This document shows, one piece after another, positions 29,318-39,412 of a stretch of 57,709 bases of DNA (the stretch's first letter is position 1; the number at the start of each line of letters is the position of its first letter). Made by a program: the position numbers and the translations under genes. This DNA is from an uncultured Clostridia bacterium (GTDB lineage: Bacteria > Bacillota > Clostridia > UBA1212 > SIG427): contig CAMFNB010000003.1 of the NCBI GenBank assembly GCA_945965275.1, positions 1-57,709 of the forward strand, given 5' to 3'. Under the pieces are notes generated by a model. The model saw only the letters and a list, made by a program, of their open reading frames with translations, did not search any database and had not been told where the DNA came from.

Positions 29318-30309
29318 CATTCGATTCGATTATCGGACAAAAAAACGTTAAAAAGGTTTTATCAGACAGCATAGTATCTGAAAGAGTGGGCCATGCTTAT
29401 TTATTCCACGGTCCTGCGGGAATCGGTAAGAAACTTACTGCCAGAGCATATGCAGAGGCGGTTATGTGCCTTCATCCGAATCCGGACGGCACTGCGTGCG
29501 GAAAATGTGAGGCTTGTGTCCTGAACAAAAACCACAGTAATCCTGACCTTAAAATCTACGAAATCCAAAAGAATAAAAAAGGAATAATAATTGAGCAGGC
29601 GCGAGACATCGTGCAGGACGCCATGACAGTTCCGTATTATTCAAATAAAAAGGTTTTCATAATCCAGTCAGGTGAAACCATGAATCTTGCAGCACAAAAT
29701 GCACTTCTTAAAATTTTGGAAGAGCCGCCGAAATATGTAATGATAATCATTCTCACCACAAACATTGCTGTAATTCTTGATACAATTAAATCAAGAACAA
29801 GCAGGATTGATTTTGCCAGATATGATAATGAGGAAATAAAGGCAATCCTCAAGGCAAACGGAATTGAGCATGTTGACGAAAGCGCTCTTGCGTATGCTGA
29901 CGGAATCGCCGGAAGAGCAATATCATTTTACAATGATGATAAGATAAATGAGATTCGCGGAAATGTGCTGAAAATCGCGGAAGGACTTGCAGAGGGTGAT
30001 GCGGCATACAGAATAGAAAGCGCGGAATATCTTGCTTCTCTGAAAAAAGACACAGAGTTCGTGATTTACACAATGCTTTCATATTACAGTGACGTGTCTA
30101 AGGTTGCAAGATACGGGAAATCCGTTAAAATCACAAATAAGGAATGTGAGAACCCAATCAGAATGACAGCATCGAGACTGGGATTTTACAAAGCTCAGGA
30201 AATTGAAAAGATAATCAACAAAGCCTGGGGATATACAGAAAGAAGCATAAATATTGAAGTTGTAATGAGCAATATGCTTATTCAAATTCAGGAGGTTATA
30301 AATGGCTAG
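29314..30309 (+). CDS. holB: DNA polymerase III delta-prime subunit
   Basis: HAYLFHGPAGIGK, CGKCEAC, AAQNALLKILEEPP, TIKSR; synteny with yaaT. Confidence 0.92.
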   Translation: MTFDSIIGQKNVKKVLSDSIVSERVGHAYLFHGPAGIGKKLTARAYAEAVMCLHPNPDGTACGKCEACVLNKNHSNPDLKIYEIQKNKKGIIIEQARDIVQDAMTVPYYSNKKVFIIQSGETMNLAAQNALLKILEEPPKYVMIIILTTNIAVILDTIKSRTSRIDFARYDNEEIKAILKANGIEHVDESALAYADGIAGRAISFYNDDKINEIRGNVLKIAEGLAEGDAAYRIESAEYLASLKKDTEFVIYTMLSYYSDVSKVARYGKSVKITNKECENPIRMTASRLGFYKAQEIEKIINKAWGYTERSINIEVVMSNMLIQIQEVING

Positions 30310-31177
30310 AATAGTCGGTGTACGTTTTAAGAAAAACGGAAAAGTATATTACTTCGGACCGGGTTCATTTGAACTCAAAGTCGGAGATCACGTAATCGTT
30401 GAAACCGTAAGAGGTGTTGAGTACGGTGAGATTGCCATCGCTGAACGTGAAGCTTCAGACGATGAAATTGTTTCTCCTCTTAAAGACATCATCAGACCGG
30501 CCACTGCCGAAGATGACAAGGTATTTGAAGAGAACAGGGTAAAAGCAAAAGAAGCTTTCCCGACAGCGATTGAGAAAATAAAGAAGCATGGCCTTGAAAT
30601 GAAACTTATTGATATTGAATACACATTCGACAACAGTAAGATGCTTTTCTATTTTACCGCTGACGGAAGGATCGATTTCAGAGAACTTGTTAAGGACCTT
30701 GCTTCGGTCTTTAAAATCAGAATTGAACTTCGTCAGGTGGGCGTTCGTGATGAAGCAAAAATTGTCGGCGGCCTCGGTGTATGCGGCAGACCATGTTGCT
30801 GTAATGCCTGCATGGGTGATTTCCAGCCGGTGTCAATCAAAATGGCAAAGGAACAGGGACTTTCCTTAAGTCCCACAAAAATTTCGGGAACATGCGGAAG
30901 ACTCATGTGCTGTCTTAATTATGAACAGGGAGCATATGAAGATGCAATTAAGAGAGTCCCGGGCGTGGGCTCATTTGTTGAAACAGCTGACGGAAAAGGA
31001 AATGTTGTTTCAAGCAACCTTATCAGTGAAACTGTTCAGGTAAAATTCGAAAGAGGAAATGAGACAGAGCTCATTACTTACAAAATTGATGACATCAAGG
31101 TACTCAGCAAAAAGAAGGGACATTATTCAAGCGCTGCGAATTCAATTCCTTCAGACGGCGAGACCGTAAAAGAATAA
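30302..31177 (+). CDS. ricT: PSP1-domain protein YaaT/RicT
   Basis: DFRELVKDLA, RDEAK, GVCGRPCCC, KISGTCGRLMCCL. Confidence 0.92.
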   Translation: MARIVGVRFKKNGKVYYFGPGSFELKVGDHVIVETVRGVEYGEIAIAEREASDDEIVSPLKDIIRPATAEDDKVFEENRVKAKEAFPTAIEKIKKHGLEMKLIDIEYTFDNSKMLFYFTADGRIDFRELVKDLASVFKIRIELRQVGVRDEAKIVGGLGVCGRPCCCNACMGDFQPVSIKMAKEQGLSLSPTKISGTCGRLMCCLNYEQGAYEDAIKRVPGVGSFVETADGKGNVVSSNLISETVQVKFERGNETELITYKIDDIKVLSKKKGHYSSAANSIPSDGETVKE

Positions 31178-31235
31178 TTGACATTTATTCTTATAATGGT
31201 ACAATAAAATCAATAATATTTAGGAGGTATTTATC

Positions 31236-31406
31236 ATGGCATATGTAATTGGTGATGAATGTATTTCTTGTGGTGCTTGCGCAGACCAGTGTCCTTGCGA
31301 GTGCATTAAAGAAGGCGACGGAAAGTATGAAATCGATGCCAGCGTATGTGCAGGCTGCGGTGCTTGTGCAGATGTTTGCCCAGTTGACGCTCCAAAGGAA
31401 GCTTAA
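31236..31406 (+). CDS. fdx: Clostridial 2x[4Fe-4S] ferredoxin, 56 aa (not in ORF track)
   Basis: MAYVIGDECISCGACADQCPCECIKEGDGKYEIDASVCAGCGACADVCPVDAPKEA; AGGAGG RBS; TTGACA at 31178 and TGGTACAAT upstream. Confidence 0.95.
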   Translation: MAYVIGDECISCGACADQCPCECIKEGDGKYEIDASVCAGCGACADVCPVDAPKEA

Positions 31407-31441
31407 TCATACTTGGTAATATAATTCAAAAATTATCTGAC

Positions 31442-31480
31442 AAAAGTTTGCCTGAGTATATTGGGCAAACTTTTTATTTT
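31442..31480 (+). terminator. Intrinsic terminator after ferredoxin
   Basis: aaaagtttgcctga/ttgggcaaactttt stem plus T tract. Confidence 0.75.
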
Positions 31481-31484
31481 CAAA

Positions 31485-32219
31485 ATGATTAAAGACGATG
31501 AACAGAGAGACGACCTCGGAAGAGGCTTGTCGGTAATTCAAAAAAAGAAAGGATTCAAGTACGGTACGGACAGCGTGCTTCTTGCCAAGTTTGCTCTCAT
31601 GAGTGAGGGAATAATTCCGGGCAGGAAGGACAATCTTCGCTGTGCCGATTTCGGCACGGGTACCGGAATTTTACCCTTGCTCCTTTCAAGAGACAAGAGG
31701 TTCTCTGAAATCACCGCATACGAACTGCAGCCTGATTATGCGGAAATGGCAGAGCGGAGTGTTGCCGAAAATAATCTCGGGGACCGGATAAAGATTGTAT
31801 GCTGCGATATTAAAGAGGCTGAAAGATTTGTTGATGTTGTAATAACAAATCCTCCGTATAAGCGTGAGGGAGCGGGTATTCCCAGTGAGCGAAAAGATGA
31901 GTTTATCGCAAGGCACGAAACAGTAAGCAATCTTGAAGACTTCATAAAGAGCGCCGCACATATTTTGGAAACCGGCGGAGCATTTTTCATGGTGAACAGG
32001 CCTGAACGTCTGGCGGATACCATGGAGTATATGAGAAGATACAAAATCGAACCGAAAATTCTCAAAATGGTGCTTCCGAAAGTCTCAAAGCAACCGTCAA
32101 TGTTTTTGATTGCGGGAGTAAAGAACGGCGGTAAAAATTTAAGAGTTGATTGTCCTTTGATACTTATGGACGAAAACGGAAACGAAACTGAGGAGGTAAG
32201 AAAAATATATGAATTCTGA
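31485..32219 (+). CDS. tRNA1(Val) A37-N6 methyltransferase family (YabB-like)
   Basis: FKYGTDSVLLA, DFGTGTG, NPPY, ARHE; synteny with rsmI; start uncertain. Confidence 0.85.
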   Translation: MIKDDEQRDDLGRGLSVIQKKKGFKYGTDSVLLAKFALMSEGIIPGRKDNLRCADFGTGTGILPLLLSRDKRFSEITAYELQPDYAEMAERSVAENNLGDRIKIVCCDIKEAERFVDVVITNPPYKREGAGIPSERKDEFIARHETVSNLEDFIKSAAHILETGGAFFMVNRPERLADTMEYMRRYKIEPKILKMVLPKVSKQPSMFLIAGVKNGGKNLRVDCPLILMDENGNETEEVRKIYEF

Positions 32220-33072
32220 ATACGGAAAACTCTATATAGTTGCAACCCCCATAGGAAATCTGGGAGACATAACAATACGCGCCCTTGAAACTCTCAAATC
32301 CGTTGATATTGTGGCCGCAGAGGACACAAGACAAGCAGGAAAGCTCCTTAGTCATTTTGAAATTAAAAAGCCTTTAATATCGTATTTTGAGCATAATAAG
32401 GCCCAAAGGGGACCCGTTATAATAGAAAAACTCAGGAACGGTGAAAATGTGGCACTTGTATCCGATGCGGGAACTCCAGGAATATCGGATCCGGGTGCGG
32501 ATATTATAAAACTTGCCCGGGAAGAAGGTATTACAGTTACAATGACCCCGGGTCCTGTTGCGGGAATCATGGCTGTGGTGCTGTCAGGCCTTGATACTTC
32601 ACGTTTTGTTTTCGAAGCATTTTTACCGGAAGAAAAAAAGAAGAGAAAAGAAATCATCGAATCGCTTAAAAAGGAAACAAGAACATGTGTGTTCTATGAA
32701 TCGCCTCACAGAATAATAAGCACCTTGTCTGAAATGGAAGAAATTCTCGGCGGAGAGAGAAGAATGGCACTTTGCCGCGAGCTCACCAAGGTTCATGAGG
32801 AAATTGATCTCAAAACGATAGAAGAACATGTGGCTATGTTCAGAGAAAAAGCACCCCGCGGTGAATATGTAATGGTGCTTGAGGGTATTTCACGGGAATC
32901 TCTCGAAGAAGAGAAGAAAGCCGCGTGGGACGATATATCCGTGACTGAGCATGTTGAGAAACTCATTGCAGAAGGGTTATCAAAAAAAGAGGCAATAAAA
33001 AAGGCTGCTCTCGAACGGGGAAGCAGCCGTAATGAAATCTACAATTTGTATGAAAAAGAGAAGAAAGCTTAA
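32209..33072 (+). CDS. rsmI: 16S rRNA C1402 2'-O-methyltransferase
   Basis: LYIVATPIGNL, AEDTR, SDAGTPGISDPG, YESPHR, RELTK. Confidence 0.96.
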   Translation: MNSEYGKLYIVATPIGNLGDITIRALETLKSVDIVAAEDTRQAGKLLSHFEIKKPLISYFEHNKAQRGPVIIEKLRNGENVALVSDAGTPGISDPGADIIKLAREEGITVTMTPGPVAGIMAVVLSGLDTSRFVFEAFLPEEKKKRKEIIESLKKETRTCVFYESPHRIISTLSEMEEILGGERRMALCRELTKVHEEIDLKTIEEHVAMFREKAPRGEYVMVLEGISRESLEEEKKAAWDDISVTEHVEKLIAEGLSKKEAIKKAALERGSSRNEIYNLYEKEKKA

Positions 33073-33318
33073 TCAGCCTTTCTTTAATTCTTCAATACAA
33101 TCAGGACAAACATTCTTTCCTTTGTATGTTGTGATGTCCTTTGTATTTCCGCAGAAAACACATGTAGGATCATATTTTTTCAAAATAATTGAGTCGTTTT
33201 CAACATAAATCTCAAGTGAATCTTTTTCAGAAATGTCGAATGTTCGACGGAGCTCGATTGGTAATGTGACACGTCCCATGTAATCCAGCTGACGTACGAT
33301 TCCTGTTGCTTTAGCCAT
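33073..33318 (-). CDS. abrB: AbrB-family transition-state regulator
   Basis: TGIVRQLD-MGRVTLPIELRR, C-terminal CVFC..CPDC; convergent with rsmI as in Bacillus/Clostridium. Confidence 0.9.
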   Translation of the reverse strand: MAKATGIVRQLDYMGRVTLPIELRRTFDISEKDSLEIYVENDSIILKKYDPTCVFCGNTKDITTYKGKNVCPDCIEELKKG

Positions 33319-33478
33319 AATTTTAGTACCTCCTTTTAATGATTTTTCAGTTTCTCTCTAAAAAATACAAATATATACAATATATATTATATTCCAAAAA
33401 CGCGGCATGTAAACCAAATGTTCACGGAGTTTACAATTTATTAACAACATTAACAATAGTATTTTTCGATACTTTCAA

Positions 33479-33507
33479 TTGACACCTTTCACGCTCAATA
33501 GTATTAT
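33479..33507 (+). promoter_or_regulatory. sigmaA-type promoter of the lipoprotein gene
   Basis: TTGACA-17nt-TATTAT. Confidence 0.7.
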
Positions 33508-33535
33508 AAAATAAGCAAGATTTTCGGAGGTAATT

Positions 33536-34501
33536 ATGAAAAAATCTCTTGTAATATTATTAGTATGTATTTTGTCACTCAGCTTTATGTTGGCTGCCTG
33601 CGGCGGCGACCCTGAACCGGAAGTTTACGAACCGACTGATCCGGCTCCTGCAGCAACAAATGTTGCGATTTCATATAAGGCCGGAACATACTACACTGAA
33701 ATAACATTCGGAAGATATCCGCAGACAGAAGTAACTGACCAGGCTGTAATAGAGGCCCTTAACGGTGTCGGCTCTCCTGATGCAACAACAGGATATTACA
33801 AATATAATGACAACGATTATGCAAAAATCGAAGTAGAGAAAGAAAACAAGGAAACAGGCGAAAAGGAAATCGTTAACTACTGGTATATTGTTGAACCGAT
33901 TAAATGGTATGTGTTAGATGAATCAAACAACCAAATTCTTGCAGTGTCTGCTTCAAACCTTGACTGTATGAAATACAATGAAACTTTAAGAGACATTGAC
34001 TGGTCAAAGTGCACACTCAGAAACTGGCTCTCAAGCCTCGGCGAGTATTCAACAAACGGTTTCTACACAAGTGCTTTCAATGCAGAAGAGCAGAGCGTAA
34101 TCCTTACACAGACCCACACAACTGAAAATAATCCACGTTATCCTCAGGTTAACGAAAAGGGAGAAACAATTGTACCGGCAACTGTAAAAGACAGAGTATC
34201 ACTTCTCAGTATTGAACAGCTTGAAGGAACAGAGTCATGGACAGTTGATTCCTTCAAGGATACAGCATTAAGAGCTTGCCCAAGCACAGAGTACGCAAAC
34301 AGAAAGGGTGCCGCAATTATGACATCCTATGCACTCAGAACATCATCCTGGTGGTGGCTCAGAAATACGGGAAGCTATGCACAGAATGCAGCTTACGTCG
34401 GAGAGAGCGGAGAAACTGCTCTTGCAGGATACACAGTATCATTTAACCAGATTGGCGTAAGACCTGCAATCGTACTTGATGCTTCTCACGTTACCAAATA
34501 A
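33536..34501 (+). CDS. Lipoprotein, DUF6273-like
   Basis: Lipobox LAAC; FGRYPQ, EPIKWYVL, W..CTLRNWL, WWWLR, GVRPA. Confidence 0.75.
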   Translation: MKKSLVILLVCILSLSFMLAACGGDPEPEVYEPTDPAPAATNVAISYKAGTYYTEITFGRYPQTEVTDQAVIEALNGVGSPDATTGYYKYNDNDYAKIEVEKENKETGEKEIVNYWYIVEPIKWYVLDESNNQILAVSASNLDCMKYNETLRDIDWSKCTLRNWLSSLGEYSTNGFYTSAFNAEEQSVILTQTHTTENNPRYPQVNEKGETIVPATVKDRVSLLSIEQLEGTESWTVDSFKDTALRACPSTEYANRKGAAIMTSYALRTSSWWWLRNTGSYAQNAAYVGESGETALAGYTVSFNQIGVRPAIVLDASHVTK

Positions 34502-35301
34502 TTGAGAATCTCGCGAATGTTTTTATAAACATAATCAGGCTTTATATCAGAAGCCTCAATCATAGGGAGAGTTGATTCTCCTGAAAGAACACAAACGGAA
34601 GTAACACCGGCATTGCAACCAGAAGCGATGTCGGTGTTTATTCTGTCACCGACAACAGCAACTTCATCCTTTGTTGCTCCTGTTTTTTCCATAATCATAT
34701 TAATCATAAAAGGCTGAGGCTTTCCTGCGATGAAGGACGGCCTTTTACCGGTTGTTACTTCAATACAGGCCATAAATGCACCGGCATCGGGAGCCGAATA
34801 AGTTTTTGTAATCGGACAAACATTATCCGGATGTGTTGCCCAGTAGGTTACGCCTTCAGAAATGTATTTGCATGCCGTGTCAAGCTTGTCAAAGGTAAGA
34901 GTTGTGTCATACGCAAGAAGAACGACATCAGGCCTTTTTGAAGGCACTTCGCTGTATTCTTTTATAAGAGTGAATCCCTTTTCGGTTAAATATTGTTCAA
35001 GTGAAGGTGTGCCGAGTAAAAAGATTTTTCCCTTCGGAAATTCTTTCTGTAAAAAGAATGCTGTTGCGTCGGCCGAAGTGCAAAAATCTTCGGCAGTTGA
35101 ATCGATGCCGAGACTGGCAAGCTTTTCTATATATGTATCCACTGATTTTGATGAATTGTTTGTGATATACATTGCGTGCTTTCCGTGTTCTTTGAGGTAA
35201 GTCAAAAAATCCAACGTGCCGTCAAACAATTCGTTTTCGAGATAAATTGTTCCGTCCATATCAAGCAAAAAATATTTAATTGACTTAAGATCGGATGCCA
35301 T
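34486..35301 (-). CDS. HAD subfamily IIA hydrolase (NagD-like)
   Basis: DMDGTIY, TNNS, GKP, VGDRINTDI. Confidence 0.92.
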   Translation of the reverse strand: MASDLKSIKYFLLDMDGTIYLENELFDGTLDFLTYLKEHGKHAMYITNNSSKSVDTYIEKLASLGIDSTAEDFCTSADATAFFLQKEFPKGKIFLLGTPSLEQYLTEKGFTLIKEYSEVPSKRPDVVLLAYDTTLTFDKLDTACKYISEGVTYWATHPDNVCPITKTYSAPDAGAFMACIEVTTGKRPSFIAGKPQPFMINMIMEKTGATKDEVAVVGDRINTDIASGCNAGVTSVCVLSGESTLPMIEASDIKPDYVYKNIREILNYLVT

Positions 35302-37232
35302 TATCTGCTTTCTCCGAGTTCAATTGTATTGCAGTCATCAAGAGCACCTATTGTTCTGCTCTGACAGCTTGCAATAATAATCTGTGTGTTTGTTTTTTCT
35401 GAGTATGATTTAACAAAATCAAGAGAAGTTTTAAATCTTCCGTCATCATACTGAACAAAAGGATCATCCAAGTAGAGCGGAAGAGTGGATGACTTAGGAG
35501 CCATTACTTCTGCAAGTGTAAATCTCAAAGCAAGATACATCTGGTCTGTTGTCGCACCGCTGTAGTCTGTTGAAGAATGTGACCCGCTGACGCTTCCGTC
35601 GAAAACGGACATACCAAAGTCAGATGAAATCTTAATGTTGCCGAAATGTTTGCCCGCAATTTTGCTGAGGTTTTCTTCGGTTTTGGTGTTAATCATGGGA
35701 CCGAATGTATTTTGTAATTCGTCAATTGATTTTGCGAGAATTTCACGACAGTTTGAAAGAACCCGTTTCTTGTTCTGGTAGAATGATATTTCATCTTCTG
35801 CATGCTGAAGTGCCGTGTAAATATCCATTCCGTCAGTGAGACTGTCGATGTTTCCGAGACCTGAGCTTTCTTCGATACTGTCAATTCGTGCTGAAGTATA
35901 GCTCTTCTTGTTCCGGATTTCATGAAGGGCTTCTCTTGCTTCCTCGAGCTTTTGGGTGATGATGTCTGCAGGACACTGCTTGATTTCATTTATCGTGTTT
36001 TCGTCAAGCCCTGCATTATTTATGAAGTCATTTGCTTCTTTGAATTTTTCCTCATACTCGTCTGCGGTGATTCCGCCCATCATATCTATGAGCTCATCCT
36101 GTTCCTCTTCAAGCTGATGCTGGATTTGAGAAATTCTTTCAAAATCATCTGCTCTGTCGATTGTAGGCTGAACAACTCTCTTACTCTTGCAGATACAGAG
36201 AATGGCAAGGAACAAAGAAATTGCTGCAGCGGCCATGGCTGCCACGATAATCGGAAGCGACGAGTTTTTGAGAACAAAAAGACCGGAGAAGAAAACACCG
36301 GCTCCGAAGGCAAGTGTAAGAAGAACCGCAAGAAATGTTATGAGTTTTGATCTTTTTAACGGGAGATCAAGCTCAACATCAATGGGGCTCTCCAATTCCT
36401 GAAGCTCTTTCTCGAGTTTTTTGATGTCTCTGTGTTTGTGAGAAACCATAGTGCAGTAATCGATTGTCGCATATGCCTTTTTCACATCTTCAAATTTTTC
36501 GTAATAATTGCAGATATCCTGCTTTTCGGCTTCTGCTGCGTTTAACTCTTCCATCTCAGCAGAAAGAACACCGGCTCTTTCTTCGCGTTCTTCATAATGG
36601 CTCAGTGCATTTCTCAAAAGATCTCTTTTTACGATTGCTCTGTTTAGCAGACCGTCTTCCCGTCGGTTGTCGATTTTTGAAATTGCATCTGCGATGTTCT
36701 TCTCGGCAAACTTTGAAGATGCGGATGCAGTGTTGTTTGATACAGCAGAGAGCTTTGCAGTAAGAAAGCCGTCTTTGTCCTTCTTGAAATCAGCTTTTGT
36801 TTCAAGCTGCTTTGCAAAAACAGTGCAGTCATATGCTGCCGCTGTAAGTCCCAAAATATATTCACCGATTGTTTTACCGTCGGGAATGGCAATAACAGAA
36901 CCTGTAACATCGTTATATAACGTTGTCATGTCAGTTCTTTTTGACTGTGTGAATACTGAAACTGCTTTGTATTTGAAGCCGTCCTGCGTGAAATATAATT
37001 CGCCGCCGAATTTTTCGTCCGGAGAGGCATCCCACGGAAGATACTTTTTTCGCGGATTGTCCTGGGCACGTCCCTCAAGGCCGTAAAGCATCGCTCTGAT
37101 AAAAGCCAAAACCGTTGATTTTCCGCTTTCGTTTTCGCCTACAAGAAGATTGACTCCTTCTGTAAAATTAAGAGTGAGTCCCTTATGACATCCGAATTTA
37201 TTGATTACAGCTTTTTCAATTATCATCGACAA
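35301..37232 (-). CDS. SMC/Rad50-like ATPase with central TM hairpin (YhaN/SbcE-like)
   Basis: Walker A GENESGKST, coiled coils, YSGATTDQMYLALR, Walker B LYLDDPF. Confidence 0.85.
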   Translation of the reverse strand: MSMIIEKAVINKFGCHKGLTLNFTEGVNLLVGENESGKSTVLAFIRAMLYGLEGRAQDNPRKKYLPWDASPDEKFGGELYFTQDGFKYKAVSVFTQSKRTDMTTLYNDVTGSVIAIPDGKTIGEYILGLTAAAYDCTVFAKQLETKADFKKDKDGFLTAKLSAVSNNTASASSKFAEKNIADAISKIDNRREDGLLNRAIVKRDLLRNALSHYEEREERAGVLSAEMEELNAAEAEKQDICNYYEKFEDVKKAYATIDYCTMVSHKHRDIKKLEKELQELESPIDVELDLPLKRSKLITFLAVLLTLAFGAGVFFSGLFVLKNSSLPIIVAAMAAAAISLFLAILCICKSKRVVQPTIDRADDFERISQIQHQLEEEQDELIDMMGGITADEYEEKFKEANDFINNAGLDENTINEIKQCPADIITQKLEEAREALHEIRNKKSYTSARIDSIEESSGLGNIDSLTDGMDIYTALQHAEDEISFYQNKKRVLSNCREILAKSIDELQNTFGPMINTKTEENLSKIAGKHFGNIKISSDFGMSVFDGSVSGSHSSTDYSGATTDQMYLALRFTLAEVMAPKSSTLPLYLDDPFVQYDDGRFKTSLDFVKSYSEKTNTQIIIASCQSRTIGALDDCNTIELGESR

Positions 37233-38367
37233 TCACCTCTCCCTCGAATGCCTGCAGACCGCTTTTCAAAACCTCTTCTTTCATTTCATCGCTGAGATCT
37301 GAAGCGTATACGTTTTTTACAAACAGTCCCCTGAGTGAAACTTCTTTCTGGAGAAGTTCCGTGTCGACTTCTGTTTCCGTTCTGTCTTTAACAGTCAAAT
37401 AGAAATATTTATCTTCAATAAGTGTTTGAATTCTTTTTGCAGAGAGTCCGAAATTCTCAGGAAGTCTGCCTTTTAGAATGACTTTATACAGGTTTTCGTC
37501 CTGCGGACATAGCTGAAGAATTGTTGAACATATTTCTTCGTTGTTCTCACAGCCTGAAATGTCAATTTCTCTTGTGATGTAGCTTCTTGAATTTGTTTTT
37601 GCAAATTGGAAGCTGGAGGCTCTTTTACCGACTTTACAAAGCATTACACCGCATTCGCCGGGCTCATCGAATCCTCTTCCTTCAGGTGTTCCGCAATAAC
37701 AGTAGGGGACGGACCCTGCATATTTGATTTTTGTATTGGCATGTATGTGTCCGAGTGCAACATAATCAAAGCCGCAACGACTGAAATCGTTAACATCAAT
37801 AGGATTGTATACTGACGATGATGAGAATATGTCACCGTGCATCAAAAGAATGTTTATGTATGACGCCTCCAGCTTCGGCAGTGTATTTGACATTCTAAGA
37901 AGCGGTGTTCTTGCGAAATGTCCTGTAAAAGCACGGCCGTATATTCTTACGCCGTTTTTCTCCACATAACTCAGTTGGTCATCGAAAATATTTACATTTG
38001 GTGCCCAATCATAAGTTTTGTATGGGCTGCCTCCGACATACGGATCGTGGTTTCCGGGAGCGATGCATATTGTGATGTCAGGATTTTCTTTGAATCTGTC
38101 GTTTATAAAGTCGAGTGTTTCGTTGCTTACTCTTGCAGCATCGAAAAGATCACCTGCAATGAGAAGAAAATCTGCATGAATTTCTCTTGCAACTGAAACT
38201 ATACGGGAGAACGTACCAAGCTGTTCTTCGCGTCTTATTTTTGCTTTATCCGAATTTGGCGGGAAATTTGAGAACGGCGTATCAATATGCAAATCAGCAC
38301 AATGTACAATCACCGGTCTGTACGCGCCGGAAAGGGCAACGTTTTCTGTTAAAACCTCTTGCTCCAC
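37216..38367 (-). CDS. Mre11/SbcD-family metallophosphoesterase nuclease (YhaO-like)
   Basis: ADLH, AGDLFD, PGNHD, LGHIH, GTPEGRGFDE; exact start uncertain. Confidence 0.9.
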   Translation of the reverse strand: MEQEVLTENVALSGAYRPVIVHCADLHIDTPFSNFPPNSDKAKIRREEQLGTFSRIVSVAREIHADFLLIAGDLFDAARVSNETLDFINDRFKENPDITICIAPGNHDPYVGGSPYKTYDWAPNVNIFDDQLSYVEKNGVRIYGRAFTGHFARTPLLRMSNTLPKLEASYINILLMHGDIFSSSSVYNPIDVNDFSRCGFDYVALGHIHANTKIKYAGSVPYCYCGTPEGRGFDEPGECGVMLCKVGKRASSFQFAKTNSRSYITREIDISGCENNEEICSTILQLCPQDENLYKVILKGRLPENFGLSAKRIQTLIEDKYFYLTVKDRTETEVDTELLQKEVSLRGLFVKNVYASDLSDEMKEEVLKSGLQAFEGEVIVDDN

Positions 38368-38482
38368 TTTGTGAACACCTCTTCTTTAGTAAACTACAAT
38401 ATACTGAATCCATTATACTATATGTTGAAAATATACGCAACAAATTGTATAATGTTGCAAAATATTTTCAGGAGACCGACAA

Positions 38483-39412
38483 ATGAAAAAGTTTACAAGA
38501 AAACACGGCGACAGATATGACGGATACAGAGTGAAAAGCAAGAATCCGTTTTTCTATATTGTGCCCCACATAATGCCGGAAAGAGTGGACAGCCAGGTGT
38601 TCTATCCTGACACTGTTGATATTACTGAAATAGAAAAATTTGTCAGAGAGCACAATCAAACCGACATTCCGGGACTCCGCACGTTTCATGTTTTTCTTGC
38701 TGCAGCTGTAAGAACCGCTGCCGAAAAGCCGTATATGAACAGATTTGTTGTCGGAAGAAAAATGTATCATGCAAGAAACTTTGTTGTTTCCATGACAATT
38801 AAAAAACTGGGAACAAAAGAGGAAGCCATAATTAAGCTCCCGTTTGACTATACAGATTCGATATATGACGTTGCTGAAAAACTAAGTAAAGCTGTAAAGG
38901 AAAACAAGGTTGCCGAAGAAAGCAACGGAACAGATAAAGTTGCCGGCATTCTCGGACATTTGCCTGTCGGACTTTTGGGCTTCGTAGTAGGATGTCTTAA
39001 GGCTTTGGATAAAAAAGGCTGGATGCCGAAAGCAATAAACAAAATCAGTCCTTTCCATACTTCTTTATTCATAACAAATGTCGGATCAATAGGAATCGGT
39101 CCGGTATTCCATCATATATATAATTTCGGAACCACTTCCGTTTTTATTGCCATCGGTAAAAAATATTATGCAAACGAAATTGACGACGAGGGAAATGTCT
39201 CTCGCCGTCATAAAATGGATATTAAATTTGTTGTAGATGAACGTACCTGTGACGGTGCATACTACTCAAGCATATTCCGCAAATTCGGATTCTATATTAA
39301 AAACCCGGACCTTCTTCTCAAGAAAGGAGAAAAGGTTGTAATTGATGACGGAATAGACATGAAGGGCAGAAAGGAATACGAAGAAGAAATCACTTCTGAA
39401 ATCAATTACTGA
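38483..39412 (+). CDS. Stand-alone 2-oxoacid dehydrogenase E2-like acyltransferase catalytic domain
   Basis: ITNVGSIG and DERTCDG (cf. DHRxxDG); no lipoyl domain. Confidence 0.75.
   Translation: MKKFTRKHGDRYDGYRVKSKNPFFYIVPHIMPERVDSQVFYPDTVDITEIEKFVREHNQTDIPGLRTFHVFLAAAVRTAAEKPYMNRFVVGRKMYHARNFVVSMTIKKLGTKEEAIIKLPFDYTDSIYDVAEKLSKAVKENKVAEESNGTDKVAGILGHLPVGLLGFVVGCLKALDKKGWMPKAINKISPFHTSLFITNVGSIGIGPVFHHIYNFGTTSVFIAIGKKYYANEIDDEGNVSRRHKMDIKFVVDERTCDGAYYSSIFRKFGFYIKNPDLLLKKGEKVVIDDGIDMKGRKEYEEEITSEINY

Noticed and set aside
33233-33240. TGTCGAA Spo0A-box match near abrB
   Set aside because: Lies inside the coding sequence, single copy; expected by chance
34486-34501. 3' overlaps of convergent genes (also 39406-39412)
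   Set aside because: Short convergent overlaps are common in compact genomes; no further evidence of antisense control
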